Source: Candidatus Wildermuthbacteria bacterium (GTDB lineage: Bacteria; Patescibacteriota; Minisyncoccia; Minisyncoccales; UBA10102). From it: a DNA stretch of 64,000 bases. The stretch is from NCBI GenBank assembly GCA_016181405.1, contig JACOZJ010000003.1, positions 106,749 to 170,748 on the forward strand, read 5' to 3'. The notes below the pieces were generated by a model. It was not told the origin of the DNA. It did no database searches and was given only the letters and a program-made list of their open reading frames with translations. The number at the start of each line of letters is the position of its first letter. The stretch's first letter is position 1. Both the position numbers and the translations under genes were made by a program. Positions 26,172 through 36,114 of the stretch are shown here, piece after piece.

Positions 26172-26882
26172 ATGGCACTTATTGAATTGGAAAACGTGGA
26201 GAAAACGTACGAAGACGGCACGCAGGCGCTTCGTGGCGTTTCATTTGGCATTGGACAAGGAGATTTTGTAGCTATTATAGGGCCTTCGGGCTCCGGAAAA
26301 TCAACTCTGCTCCATATCCTGGGGTTTCTCGACAGACACACCAAAGGAACTTATCGATTTGAAGGGAAAACGATCGATGATTATTCAGATGAAGAACTTG
26401 CTCATATTAGAAATCAAAAGATGGGATTTGTTTTTCAGGCGTTCAATCTACTCCCAAGAGCAACGGTGTTGGAAAACGTAATGCTTCCGCTTTTATATGC
26501 AAATATCAAACGCCAACTGCGCGAAACAATGGCGAAAGAAGCGATTGAGGCCGTAGAATTATCTCATCGCCTTACTCATCGATCTCAAGAATTGTCGGGG
26601 GGAGAAAAGCAGCGAGTTGCCATTGCCCGGGCTCTTGTGAATAAACCAGATGTAATTTTTGCCGATGAACCGACAGGAAATCTTGATTCCAAGACTGGCC
26701 AAACTATTATGGAGATTTTAGAGCAACTCAACGAAAAACATGGACATACAATTTTACTCATTACGCATGAAACCTATACGGCAGAAACCGCGAAACGCAT
26801 TATTCACATCCTCGACGGAAAAGTAGAAAGTGATACCCTTGTAAACCATAGGAACCGAGCGCATGATGGTTTCATAAAATAA
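26172..26882 (+). CDS. ABC transporter ATP-binding protein (MacB/LolD-like)
   Basis: Walker [10 protein letters not shown], signature [15 protein letters not shown], Walker [13 protein letters not shown]. Confidence 0.9.
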   Translation: MALIELENVEKTYEDGTQALRGVSFGIGQGDFVAIIGPSGSGKSTLLHILGFLDRHTKGTYRFEGKTIDDYSDEELAHIRNQKMGFVFQAFNLLPRATVLENVMLPLLYANIKRQLRETMAKEAIEAVELSHRLTHRSQELSGGEKQRVAIARALVNKPDVIFADEPTGNLDSKTGQTIMEILEQLNEKHGHTILLITHETYTAETAKRIIHILDGKVESDTLVNHRNRAHDGFIK

Positions 26883-26900
26883 ATTTGGATCCGTGGTATT

Positions 26901-28145
26901 ATGACACTTCAAGACAGCATCACTACCGCCTTCAAGGGCCTCGAATCTGCAAAATCGCGCTCGGCCCTTACCATCCTTGGTATTGTGATAGGTATTAGCG
27001 CAATTATTCTCATGATGGCGCTTGGCAGTGGGGCAGAATCTTTGATTTTAAACCAAATAGGGGGCTTGGGCGCGGAAACAATTGTCATCCGGCCCGGGAA
27101 AGAACCTTCTGGTCCGAGCGACTTTGGCAGTACGCTCTTCGCAAACTCTCTGAAAAATCGGGACGTGGAAGCGCTTCGCCGAAAAGAAAATGCACCGCAC
27201 TTAGTCCAAGTAATGCCTGCGCTCATCGTGCCTGGCACCGTTTCGTATGAAGGAGAAACATTCCAGCCCATGACCATAGGAGGAGTAGTAGATTTTTTTA
27301 GCTCCGCCTTTCAAGTATACGTGGCAGAAGGTATCCCTTTCAGCGATATAGATATCCGCCAAAATGCGAGTGTCGCCGTGATAGGATCAAAAGTGAAACA
27401 GGAACTCTTTGGACCATCCGACGCCCTTGGCGAGCAAATTACCATTAAGGGCAGAAAATTCCGCGTGGTGGGGATATTCCCCCCAAAGGGGCAGGTGGGG
27501 TTTTTCAATTTCGATGAACTCGTTATAGTGCCCTACACAACAGCCCAACTCTATCTCCTTGGGATCGATTACTTCCACGAAATTATCGTAAAAACAGAAA
27601 GTCCCGAAACAGTGGCGCGCTCGGTGGACGACATTGAAGCCACTTTGCGTGAAACGCACAATATTACGAACCCGAAAGACGATGATTTCTTTGTGGTCAC
27701 GCAGCAGGCGATTGCCCAACAGGTCCAAATTATTATCGGAGCGCTTACGCTCTTTTTGTCTTCTGTGGTAGCGATTGCGCTAGTGGTGGGCGGCATAGGC
27801 GTAATGAACATTATGCTGGTTTCTGTGACGGAGCGCACGCGAGAAATTGGACTGCGAAAGGCATTGGGCGCCACGCAAAAAGACATTTTAGTTCAGTTTC
27901 TTTTGGAAGCAATTATCCTTACTGGTGTCGGAGGCCTTATTGGCATTGCGCTTGGGGGAACCCTTGCGCTTGCAGCTTCTTTCCTGATTCGGCAGATACT
28001 TTCCATGGACTGGGCTTTTGCCTTTCCAATTTCCGCTGTTTTTCTTGGCCTTGGCGTTTCGGCTTTAGTAGGTTTGGTGTTTGGAATTTATCCCGCACGC
28101 CAAGCATCGAAAAAAAGCCCTATCGAGGCCTTACGCTACGAATGA
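26901..28145 (+). CDS. ABC transporter permease (MacB/FtsX family)
   Basis: N-terminal TM, a large periplasmic domain, and a C-terminal FtsX domain with TERTREIGLRKALGA. Confidence 0.85.
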   Translation: MTLQDSITTAFKGLESAKSRSALTILGIVIGISAIILMMALGSGAESLILNQIGGLGAETIVIRPGKEPSGPSDFGSTLFANSLKNRDVEALRRKENAPHLVQVMPALIVPGTVSYEGETFQPMTIGGVVDFFSSAFQVYVAEGIPFSDIDIRQNASVAVIGSKVKQELFGPSDALGEQITIKGRKFRVVGIFPPKGQVGFFNFDELVIVPYTTAQLYLLGIDYFHEIIVKTESPETVARSVDDIEATLRETHNITNPKDDDFFVVTQQAIAQQVQIIIGALTLFLSSVVAIALVVGGIGVMNIMLVSVTERTREIGLRKALGATQKDILVQFLLEAIILTGVGGLIGIALGGTLALAASFLIRQILSMDWAFAFPISAVFLGLGVSALVGLVFGIYPARQASKKSPIEALRYE

Positions 28146-28205
28146 CGCCTTTCCACTATATTGGGGTTGACGGGTTTTCGGAAAGATGAAATAATACAAA
28201 CCATT

Positions 28206-28913
28206 ATGAAAACAGACATCCTAAAAAAGCCTATCTTATTGGCAATCCTTGCTCTTCTTCTCCTCGGCGGAGTTGGGTACGCCGCTTTTGCCTTCGACAT
28301 AATCGACCTCAGCCGTTTTTCACTTGTAAATCGTTTTTCTTCGCAAGAATTTATGGCGCAAGTAAACGGAGAAGGCGTACAAACTGCACTGTTTGATTTG
28401 CGATTCGCTCAGATAGAGGATTCTTACAAAGCACAGGGGACAATTCTTGAAGGAGAGAACAGAGAAACGGTCAAACAGCAAATATTACAGGATATGATCA
28501 ACGAGATTCTGCTTGTTCAGTATGGCAAAGAACAGGGGATTGTGGCAGGGGAAGAAGCAATTGATAACGAATACCAGCGTATCGTCAGCCAATTCCCGGG
28601 CGAAGAAAAAGAATTCCGGCAAAATCTTGCGGCGAAAGACATTACCCTAGAAGATATTCGCCGCACTATTTCTCAAGATCTTATTATACAGCAGGTTATA
28701 GAGCAGCAAACGGCTCAAAACAACATAGAAGTTTCAGAACAAGAAATACAGCAAACGTATGACGAAGCAAAGGCGCAGTCGGCGGAAGTTCCACCTTTTG
28801 AAGAAGCAAAACCGCAAATTGAAAACTTCTTGCGTCAGCAAAAAATTGGGCAGATAATCAACACACTTGTCGCTCAACTCCGCGAAAAAGCCAACATTGT
28901 AATCTCCAGTTAA
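28206..28913 (+). CDS. SurA-N-terminal-like membrane-anchored chaperone-like protein
   Basis: TM anchor followed by a helical domain rich in Q/E, as in SurA_N-type domains. No parvulin domain is visible. Start set at MKTDILKK. Confidence 0.45.
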   Translation: MKTDILKKPILLAILALLLLGGVGYAAFAFDIIDLSRFSLVNRFSSQEFMAQVNGEGVQTALFDLRFAQIEDSYKAQGTILEGENRETVKQQILQDMINEILLVQYGKEQGIVAGEEAIDNEYQRIVSQFPGEEKEFRQNLAAKDITLEDIRRTISQDLIIQQVIEQQTAQNNIEVSEQEIQQTYDEAKAQSAEVPPFEEAKPQIENFLRQQKIGQIINTLVAQLREKANIVISS

Positions 28914-28959
28914 GCACCGGCCGAATCTGCCTATTAATAAACCTAACTTCGCGCTTATT

Positions 28960-29409
28960 ATGAACAAATCTATTCTTATCGGCGCCATCCTGGTTCTCCT
29001 CGTCGGCGGAGGAATTTGGTACTTTACCCAAAACCAACAAACACAAACACCCGAACAAAATCAAATTGCCCCGACTCCAACCCCTCAAAACAATCAAACG
29101 AATGAGCAAACAGAACAGCCCGAAGATACAGAGAATACTCAACGCGTCATACGCTATACAGATACAGGATACACACCAAACACACTTACAGTTTCCCAGG
29201 GCGAAACAATTGTATTTCACAATGAATCTTCCAAAGATATGTGGCCGGCTTCTGCTCCCCATCCAACGCATACTAATTACCCAGAATTTGACGCAAAACG
29301 AGCAATTCTACCTGGAGAAACATATGAATTCACGTTTACCAAAGTAGGATCCTGGAAATTCCACGACCACCGCGATCCTGCAAAATTTGGCACTATTATC
29401 GTAGAATAG
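28960..29409 (+). CDS. membrane-anchored cupredoxin-fold-like protein
   Basis: TM anchor, Q/T/P-rich linker, and a C-terminal beta-sandwich-like segment (YTPNTLTVSQGETIVFHNES...HPTH...WKFHDHRDPAKFGTIIVE) with several His but no Cys. Confidence 0.5.
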   Translation: MNKSILIGAILVLLVGGGIWYFTQNQQTQTPEQNQIAPTPTPQNNQTNEQTEQPEDTENTQRVIRYTDTGYTPNTLTVSQGETIVFHNESSKDMWPASAPHPTHTNYPEFDAKRAILPGETYEFTFTKVGSWKFHDHRDPAKFGTIIVE

Positions 29410-29418
29410 CGAAAAAGA

Positions 29419-30921
29419 GTGTCTCTTTTAGATACTATCCTCAACAGAATTACGATGTACCGGCTAACCTTTCTGGGCTTAGCCGGTTTGGTATTGTTTG
29501 CAATATTCCTCGCTTCCCTTGGAGTACTTTCAATTAGCGCGAGCGCTATTGCATATACTGCAATCCTTCTTCTGCTTTTCTGCCATACTGCGAACACCCT
29601 ATTCGCAAAAATCGCGCACACAAAACCGAACGCAGAATCTGCATGGATTACGGCGCTCATTCTCACACTCATCGTAGGCCCTTTGCCCATGGACAGCCTG
29701 AATACTCTGGGCTTGCTGCTATTTTTAGGAATTGTCGCCATGGCCTCCAAGTATCTCGTAGTATGGAATGGCAAACATATTTTTAATCCCGCCGGATTTG
29801 GCGTATTCGCTTCCGCCCTCTTGCTCAATCAAGGAGCAAGCTGGTGGGTAGGCGCTTTATACCTTGCGCCCGCTGTTCTTGTGTTCGGCCTCATTCTTTC
29901 AAAAAAGATTGGGCGCGGCAGTATGGTTTGGTCCTTTCTGGCAACATACGGGGTACTCCTTATCCTCTTGAACGCCGGGGGAATGCATTTTCTTAATGGT
30001 CTTAGCCAAACTGTAAACTTTCTTTGGAGCATATTCGTGTTTTCTCCCATTTTGTTTTTTGCTTTTGTGATGTTGCCTGAACCTCAAACCTCTCCCAAAC
30101 GGCAATGGCCTGAAATCTGGTATGGCATCTTTGCGGCGCTGGCACTTGCTTTACTCCAACAATATCTTCCTGTTTCCTATACATTGGAACTTGCTTTGCT
30201 TTCCAGCAACGCGTTTGCTTTCGTTATTGCCCCGATAAAACGAATACATGTGCAACTCCAAGAAAAAGCGGAAATTGCGCCAGCTATTTTTAGCTTTTGG
30301 TTCGCGCCACACGCATCATTTTCCTTTATCCCAGGTCAGTTTTTGGAATGGACTTTGCATCATAAAGGAGCTGATAGCAGGGGGATTCGACGCTACTTTA
30401 CTATAGCCTCCTCTCCCACCGAGTCTGGAATACTGCTCACGGCAAAAATTCCTGAAAAGCAGAGTACGTTCAAAAAAGCGTTGCTCGATCTTAAGCCTGG
30501 AGAGCAAGTCATAGCCACAGGCGCAGAAGGCAATTTTGTTTTACCCAAAGACGAGAGTAGGAAACTCGCATTTATTGCTGGAGGGGTGGGCATCACGCCC
30601 TTTCGCAGCATGGCAAAATATCTCGTCGATAAAGATGTACGGCGCGACATTATACTCTTATATTCGGCAAACCGCCCAGAAGAATTTGTGTTCACCGAGT
30701 TGTTCAACGACGCGAAAAGCAGGGGGCTGAATCCCGTATACACGACAGAGCGCGTAAACGCCGAATTCATCTCGCGAAACATACCCGATTGGAAAGGCAG
30801 ATTGTTTTACGTGTCCGGCCCTCAACCCATGGTTAAAGCTATTGAAAAAACCCTCGCCCTCATGGGTATACCGAAACACGCCATTAAACGCGACTACTTT
30901 CCCGGCTACGAAACGATATAA
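29419..30921 (+). CDS. fusion of an RnfD/NqrB-like polytopic membrane domain with an FNR-type FAD/NAD(P)-binding reductase domain
   Basis: The N-terminal ~270 aa are hydrophobic with GKHIFNPAGFG. The C-terminal part has RRYFTIASSP (RxYS FAD motif), GGVGITPFRSM (NAD(P) motif) and YVSGPQPM. Confidence 0.6.
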   Translation: MSLLDTILNRITMYRLTFLGLAGLVLFAIFLASLGVLSISASAIAYTAILLLLFCHTANTLFAKIAHTKPNAESAWITALILTLIVGPLPMDSLNTLGLLLFLGIVAMASKYLVVWNGKHIFNPAGFGVFASALLLNQGASWWVGALYLAPAVLVFGLILSKKIGRGSMVWSFLATYGVLLILLNAGGMHFLNGLSQTVNFLWSIFVFSPILFFAFVMLPEPQTSPKRQWPEIWYGIFAALALALLQQYLPVSYTLELALLSSNAFAFVIAPIKRIHVQLQEKAEIAPAIFSFWFAPHASFSFIPGQFLEWTLHHKGADSRGIRRYFTIASSPTESGILLTAKIPEKQSTFKKALLDLKPGEQVIATGAEGNFVLPKDESRKLAFIAGGVGITPFRSMAKYLVDKDVRRDIILLYSANRPEEFVFTELFNDAKSRGLNPVYTTERVNAEFISRNIPDWKGRLFYVSGPQPMVKAIEKTLALMGIPKHAIKRDYFPGYETI

Positions 30922-30999
30922 CAAAACAGGTGTACCTCGCGGCGAGACGCGCCTGTTTTGTTTGCCCTACGCAACGTGAAGGGGGTATACTATCCTTGT

Positions 31000-31461
31000 A
31001 TGTTCCGGTATATCTCCCTCGCCATAGTGTTCATATTGGCCGGTGTTATTGTGGGCGGATACCTGTTTTCCGACACCAAACCCCGGTCGTTTTTGAGCGT
31101 CCGAGAATGCGGCTTATCTTGCTTGAACCAGGAAGAGCTGCTTGGACTCTTGGGTTCCGTAGGTATCCAAAGACTCCCGGGAATCATTCCTTCGGTGCAG
31201 AAAGAAACCGACAAAACCATCGTTATAAAGCATCCTTTCCCACAAGCGCCCATTCATTATGTAATTATTCCCAAAAAGGACATCAAAGCGACTGAAGACA
31301 TATCTGAAGAAGACACGCCGTATATTATTGACGCTTATGCGGTGATGAGTGCTCTTATCAGAGAACAAAACCTACGCGATTATAAAATCGTAATCAATGG
31401 CCCGGGATTCCAAACCGTGAGGTATTTGCACTTCCATCTGGTTTCCGAGTTACCCCATTAG
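31000..31461 (+). CDS. membrane-anchored HIT-like protein
   Basis: TM anchor followed by HYVIIPKKDIK and a terminal YLHFHLVS motif (incomplete histidine triad). Confidence 0.5.
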   Translation: MFRYISLAIVFILAGVIVGGYLFSDTKPRSFLSVRECGLSCLNQEELLGLLGSVGIQRLPGIIPSVQKETDKTIVIKHPFPQAPIHYVIIPKKDIKATEDISEEDTPYIIDAYAVMSALIREQNLRDYKIVINGPGFQTVRYLHFHLVSELPH

Positions 31462-31507
31462 CGGATCCGTTTGCCCGAATAGCCATATTCTGTCATACTA
31501 TCTCATT

Positions 31508-33001
31508 ATGGAGCTTGCTTATCGGGAATTTCTTGAAGAAGTGCTTTGGCAGGCAAAAAAGCAAGGAGCGCAGTATGCTGACTGCCGACTGGAACCCCAA
31601 ACTGAATCTGAAGAAATAAAGCTCGAAAACGGACAGGTCTCCGCGCTCAACTCTTCTATGAGCGCAGGGTTTGGTGTTCGCGTGCTCGCACATGGCGCTT
31701 GGGGGTTTTATGCCACCCCGATCGTAAACAGGGAAAAAATCAAAGAAGTGGTGAAGCGCGCAATCCACTCTTCGAGCGTGAATACGGCATTGCAGAAAGA
31801 AAAAGTCGTATTAGCCCCCTCCCAAGCTCCCGATTTTCAAACCTATCAAACAAAAGTGGAACAAGATCCTTTTAAAGTTTCTGCTGAGCAAAAGCTTACT
31901 CTTTTAGCCTCTGCCGATGAAGCAATGCGCCAAGCCTCCAAAAAGATCTTTTGGCGATTAGCCGAGCTTTCCGCGGTGAAAACAAAAAAACTCTTTGCCT
32001 CCACCGAAGGAGTATTTCTCGATCAAACAATCATTGAAACTGGGGCTTCCATTCAAGCCCATGCCATGGACCAACAAGGGGGCGACACGGCTCGGAGATC
32101 CTACCCGGACTCACACGTCTACTATATGCAGGGTGGGCACGAAATGATTCAAAGGCTCGATCTCGTGAAGCACGCAGCCATCATGGCTCAAGAGGCAGAA
32201 CAACTCCTCTTAGCCCCCCATGCGCCCGCGGGAAATAGGGGAGTAATCCTCTTACCCCAGCAACTCAATCTGCACGGACACGAAACCGCACACGGCTTCG
32301 AAGCAGATCGCGTATTGGGCACGGAATGGACTTTGGCAGGAGGAAGTTTTCTCACTCCGCTTCTGCCGCAAATAGGAACGTTCCGGTTTGGCTCTCCGCA
32401 AGTCAATATCGTTGCGGACAGCTCCGTGGAACATGGCGTAGGAACGTTTGGGGCAGATGATGAAGGAACAAAAGCGCAACGCGTTCACCTCGTAAAAGAA
32501 GGTCTATGGACCGGCCTTCTCACCTCGCGCCAAACCGTTCCCCAGCTCAACCAAAAAATCGGGCGGGAATATTTTAAATATTCTTCAGGCGCCATGCGGG
32601 CAGATGGGTACGGTAATTGGCCGGTCATTCGCATGGTGAATATTCTGCTGGAGCCCGGGGAAACCGACTTTGGAGAACTCAAAGAGCAGGTACCGAATGG
32701 CACCCTCATGCTCGGCACCAACAAAAGCTGGAGCATTGACGACGTGCGGCGCCATTTTAGCTTTGGAACGGAAATCGCGTGGGAAAAAATAAATGGCAAA
32801 TGGGAACTGCGCAAAAATGCCAAGTACTATGGAGATAACTTGAATTTTTGGCGCAACTGCCATACGGTATGTTCAGAGAAAAGCTTTTGGCTTGGAGGCG
32901 TAGGCTCGTGCGGAAAGGCCGACCCCTTGCAAACAATGCACACCGGACACGGCTCCGCACCCGCCTATTTTACTAATATTCAAGTTGGCTCAGTCGGATG
33001 A
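31508..33001 (+). CDS. TldD/PmbA-family metallopeptidase (TldD-like)
   Basis: 497 aa in an overlapping pair with a paralog. Family-typical segments GFGVRVLAHGAWGF and C-terminal GSCGKADP...GHGSAPAYF. Confidence 0.75.
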   Translation: MELAYREFLEEVLWQAKKQGAQYADCRLEPQTESEEIKLENGQVSALNSSMSAGFGVRVLAHGAWGFYATPIVNREKIKEVVKRAIHSSSVNTALQKEKVVLAPSQAPDFQTYQTKVEQDPFKVSAEQKLTLLASADEAMRQASKKIFWRLAELSAVKTKKLFASTEGVFLDQTIIETGASIQAHAMDQQGGDTARRSYPDSHVYYMQGGHEMIQRLDLVKHAAIMAQEAEQLLLAPHAPAGNRGVILLPQQLNLHGHETAHGFEADRVLGTEWTLAGGSFLTPLLPQIGTFRFGSPQVNIVADSSVEHGVGTFGADDEGTKAQRVHLVKEGLWTGLLTSRQTVPQLNQKIGREYFKYSSGAMRADGYGNWPVIRMVNILLEPGETDFGELKEQVPNGTLMLGTNKSWSIDDVRRHFSFGTEIAWEKINGKWELRKNAKYYGDNLNFWRNCHTVCSEKSFWLGGVGSCGKADPLQTMHTGHGSAPAYFTNIQVGSVG

Positions 33002-34395
33002 ACACACATACCATCGCGCAACAAGTAATACATACAGCAAAACGAGAAGGCGCAGAATTCGCAGAGGTATTGGTAATGCAAAACGAATTTTCTCTCAAGC
33101 GCATTCGGCAAGGACAGGTAGACCAGCCGCCCGCGGGCGAGCAGTGGGGGATTGACCTTGCGCTTGTCAAAGGCAATCGGAGAAAAGCCATACGCTTTGA
33201 CAATCCTACTTTTGCCGAACGAATCATCAAAGAAACGATGGAGCAAATGGATCTGGTAGCAGAACAGGAGTTCGTTCTTCCCTCAGAATCCTTCGCCCCT
33301 GTAAAACAGCCAGAACGCCTCTACGACGAAAAAACAGCGGAGCTTTTAGACGACCACCTCATCCAGATTGCGCGGGAAGTTGCCGCGGAACTTGCTGGCC
33401 ATAACCTGTTTCTTTCGGGAAAGATTACGCAGGGCAAGGGAGAAATCTCGTATGAAAACTCTATTGGGACAAGTCAAGAAGCGCGATTTACTCAAGCTGC
33501 CGCAGGACTCTATGCTTTTGACCGCGACAACCTTTATACGTCCGCATACGCGAGTTCCGGAGGCATTGCCATAGACCAAATTGAAAAGGAGAGAATCATA
33601 AAAGAACTTGTTGAAAAATGCGAGATTCAACAGGGGAAAGAAAAGATTGATCTATTTTCGGGCAAAAAGGAAGACGAAGAGCTAAATATCGATGTAATTG
33701 TGGAACCCTACTTTCTTAGCACTATTTTCCAATGGTTGGGATTTTTCGGATTCAATGGTCTGCTCGTGGAACGCGGCGAAAGTTTTGTCTCAAACAAACT
33801 CGGTTCGCAGGTTTGCGGGGCAAACATCACAATTACTGATGACCCTGCAGACAGCAGAAATAGGGGGATGGGCTTTCCGTTCGATTTTGAAGGAAGGCAG
33901 CGCGGGAAAGTCGCCCTTGTAGAGCAGGGCGTCGCCGCACGCGCCGTGTATGACAGCTCGCTCGCAGCAAAGTGGGGGAAAACTCCAACCGGTAACGCGC
34001 TTCCGCCCTCTGCTCGCTCTGAAGGGGCAGCGCCCTTTGATTTGGTAATAGAGGGAGGGAACACTTCTATTGAAGAAATGATCAAAAATTCCAAGGAACC
34101 TGCTCTCTGGATTACCAGACTCCATTATCCAGGAATGAAGCATTATCAAACAGCGACCATGACCGGCATTGCCCAGCACGGAGTATTCCTCATTGAAAAC
34201 GGAAAAGTGCAAACTCCCGTAGAAAACGTTCGCTTCGAAGAAAACATTCCCGAAGCCCTCAAAAGGGTGGAAGCAATGTCTGAATCGCGCCTTGTGTTTG
34301 ACCCGCTTTCACTTTCCCTTCCAAGCGGTATCGTGGCACCCGCGCTAAAAATTAAAAAATTCCGCTTTATTGGATCTACAACAAGAACAACGTAA
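32998..34395 (+). CDS. TldD/PmbA-family protein (PmbA-like)
   Basis: 465 aa, overlapping the upstream paralog by 4 nt. Family-like C-terminal half (FDFEGRQRGKVALVEQGV...). Confidence 0.75.
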   Translation: MNTHTIAQQVIHTAKREGAEFAEVLVMQNEFSLKRIRQGQVDQPPAGEQWGIDLALVKGNRRKAIRFDNPTFAERIIKETMEQMDLVAEQEFVLPSESFAPVKQPERLYDEKTAELLDDHLIQIAREVAAELAGHNLFLSGKITQGKGEISYENSIGTSQEARFTQAAAGLYAFDRDNLYTSAYASSGGIAIDQIEKERIIKELVEKCEIQQGKEKIDLFSGKKEDEELNIDVIVEPYFLSTIFQWLGFFGFNGLLVERGESFVSNKLGSQVCGANITITDDPADSRNRGMGFPFDFEGRQRGKVALVEQGVAARAVYDSSLAAKWGKTPTGNALPPSARSEGAAPFDLVIEGGNTSIEEMIKNSKEPALWITRLHYPGMKHYQTATMTGIAQHGVFLIENGKVQTPVENVRFEENIPEALKRVEAMSESRLVFDPLSLSLPSGIVAPALKIKKFRFIGSTTRTT

Positions 34396-34406
34396 CTTTC
34401 AACAGT

Positions 34407-34652
34407 ATGTTCGATAAACTCCAACAACTCAAACAACTCCGCGACCTCCAGCAAGAAATCAAAAAAGAAAAATACGACGCTGAAAAAAACGGTATAAAGC
34501 TCGTAATGAACGGCAGCCTAGAGCTGGAAGAAGTGCGGCTAAACCCCGCGCTTTCACAAGAAGAACAGGAGCGCACGCTCCGCGAAGCCTACAACGGACT
34601 CATCAAAAAAGTGCAAACGGCAATGGCGCAAAAATTCCGTGGGATGATATAA
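34407..34652 (+). CDS. YbaB/EbfC-family nucleoid-associated protein
   Basis: 81 aa. MFDKLQQLKQLRDLQQEIKKE..., a central beta segment (IKLVMNGSLELEEVRLNP) and a C-terminal helix match the YbaB layout. Confidence 0.65.
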   Translation: MFDKLQQLKQLRDLQQEIKKEKYDAEKNGIKLVMNGSLELEEVRLNPALSQEEQERTLREAYNGLIKKVQTAMAQKFRGMI

Positions 34653-34664
34653 CGGAATTTTTCT

Positions 34665-35237
34665 TTATTCTCCCTTTTCAATGCGGCGAACGTATTCGCC
34701 CTTTTCTGTGTTTACCTCAATACTATCCCCAGTTTCTACAAACAGAGGGGTATTTATGACGGCGCCGGTTTCAAGTGTTACCGTTTTGTAGCCGCCCTGT
34801 GCGCGATCTCCTTTTACACCAGGCGCCGCCTCTTTAACTCTGAGCTGCACTTTAACAGGAAGAATAATGTTAATAATCTTATCTTCAAAAATAAGGCCTT
34901 CTACTTCCTGCCCGGTTTTCAAAAATTTTGCGGTATCGCCCACCTGTTCCTCAGAAAACTCAAATCGTTTGCTTGGATTATCCACATACGAAAATACAAA
35001 CTTACCTCGATTGGCGTAAATAAACTTTGCTTGAAACTTTCGCAACTCCGCCTCCTCAAATACATCAGACTGATGGAAATTTTTCGGGAGAATTTTCCCA
35101 TTTATCAAATTTCGAATTTTTGTTTGCGCTACCACCACATCCTGCGACTTTCCCATTTGGCGAAACTCCAATACCTCATAGGGCTGACCCTCGTAAATAA
35201 ACTGCACGCCTTTTCTCAATTCGTAGTATGACAGCAT
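34665..35237 (-). CDS. efp: elongation factor P
   Basis: MLSYYELRKGVQFIYEGQPYEVLEF...PGVKGDRAQGGYKTVTLETGAVINTPLFV. The 77-codon upstream ORF extension through a GC-rich hairpin is discarded. Confidence 0.9.
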   Translation of the reverse strand: MLSYYELRKGVQFIYEGQPYEVLEFRQMGKSQDVVVAQTKIRNLINGKILPKNFHQSDVFEEAELRKFQAKFIYANRGKFVFSYVDNPSKRFEFSEEQVGDTAKFLKTGQEVEGLIFEDKIINIILPVKVQLRVKEAAPGVKGDRAQGGYKTVTLETGAVINTPLFVETGDSIEVNTEKGEYVRRIEKGE

Positions 35238-35262
35238 AGAAAATAAACTTTGTGACTTGTGA

Positions 35263-35382
35263 GGAGAAAACCGTCGGAGCGAAGTTCGGGCGAGGCCGTG
35301 GGTCTGGCGGACGAAGCGAAGACGGTTTTCTCCGAACAGCGTAGGGTAAAGCGCGAGGAAAACGAAAGAGATCGAGCGCCTA
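35263..35382. repeat. GC-rich hairpin plus a degenerate third copy of the 2879/16086 repeat 3' half
   Basis: GGAGAAAACCGTC (35263-35275) pairs with GACGGTTTTCTCC (35321-35333). GGGTAAAGCGCGAGGAAAAC...GAGCGCCTA (35345-35382) matches copy 2 (GGGTAAAGCGCAAGAAAAAG...GAGCGCCTA). It abuts the fmt stop codon. Confidence 0.6.
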
Positions 35383-36114
35383 TGGGATTGAATCAATAAA
35401 ATCTTTGTGACCCAAAAGAAATTCTCGGAGCGTGGTTGGTTTCTTCCCTTCCATCTGCAACTCGTCAATCACGAGTTTTCCTCCTTCAATATGGGCATTC
35501 AGTATCTTTATCCGCTTTCCCTTCCAAATGGTGAATGCGCCGGGCCACGGAGTAAGTGCCCGTACCTGCCTTTCTATATACTCCGCAGGCCGATTCCAGT
35601 CAATACGCCCATCTTCTCTTGTGAGCTTTTTTGTATATGTTGCTTTGCTATGATCTTGCTCTTGTGGTTGAATTTCACCTCCTATCCATTTGGGTATCGT
35701 TTCCACGAGTAAATCTCCTCCGAGCTCCCAAAGGATTTGGCGTAGTTCAGGCTTGGTAAATTTTTTCTCTCCGATAAAAAACTTTTGCTGCGCCAGTATT
35801 GGTCCATGATCGACTTCTTCATCCATCTTGATAATGGTCACTCCGGTTTCGCTATCGCCATTCAAAATGGTAAAGAGTACTGGTGTGGGCCCTCGATATT
35901 TCGGAAGAAGAGAAGGATGCACATTCAAAGCGCCGTGCTTTGGCTTCGCGAGCACTTCTTTTGGAAGGATGTTGCCATAGAACCCCACCACAATTAAATC
36001 GAGCCCGTCGCTATTAGGATCAACAAGTTGATATCCAGCTTCCTCCAGCTTTTTTTTCACAATGAGGCCATATTCTCGACCTAAAAACGCAATTCGTGTT
36101 AAACGATTTTCCAT
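35380..36114 (-). CDS. fmt: methionyl-tRNA formyltransferase
   Basis: HGALNVHPSLLPKYRGPTP, and a C-terminal domain with TYTKKLTREDGRIDW. Confidence 0.85.
   Translation of the reverse strand: MENRLTRIAFLGREYGLIVKKKLEEAGYQLVDPNSDGLDLIVVGFYGNILPKEVLAKPKHGALNVHPSLLPKYRGPTPVLFTILNGDSETGVTIIKMDEEVDHGPILAQQKFFIGEKKFTKPELRQILWELGGDLLVETIPKWIGGEIQPQEQDHSKATYTKKLTREDGRIDWNRPAEYIERQVRALTPWPGAFTIWKGKRIKILNAHIEGGKLVIDELQMEGKKPTTLREFLLGHKDFIDSIP

Noticed and set aside
35238-35468. 77-codon upstream extension of the efp ORF
   Set aside because: It runs through the GC-rich hairpin/repeat and into fmt. EF-P homology begins at MLSYYELRKG.
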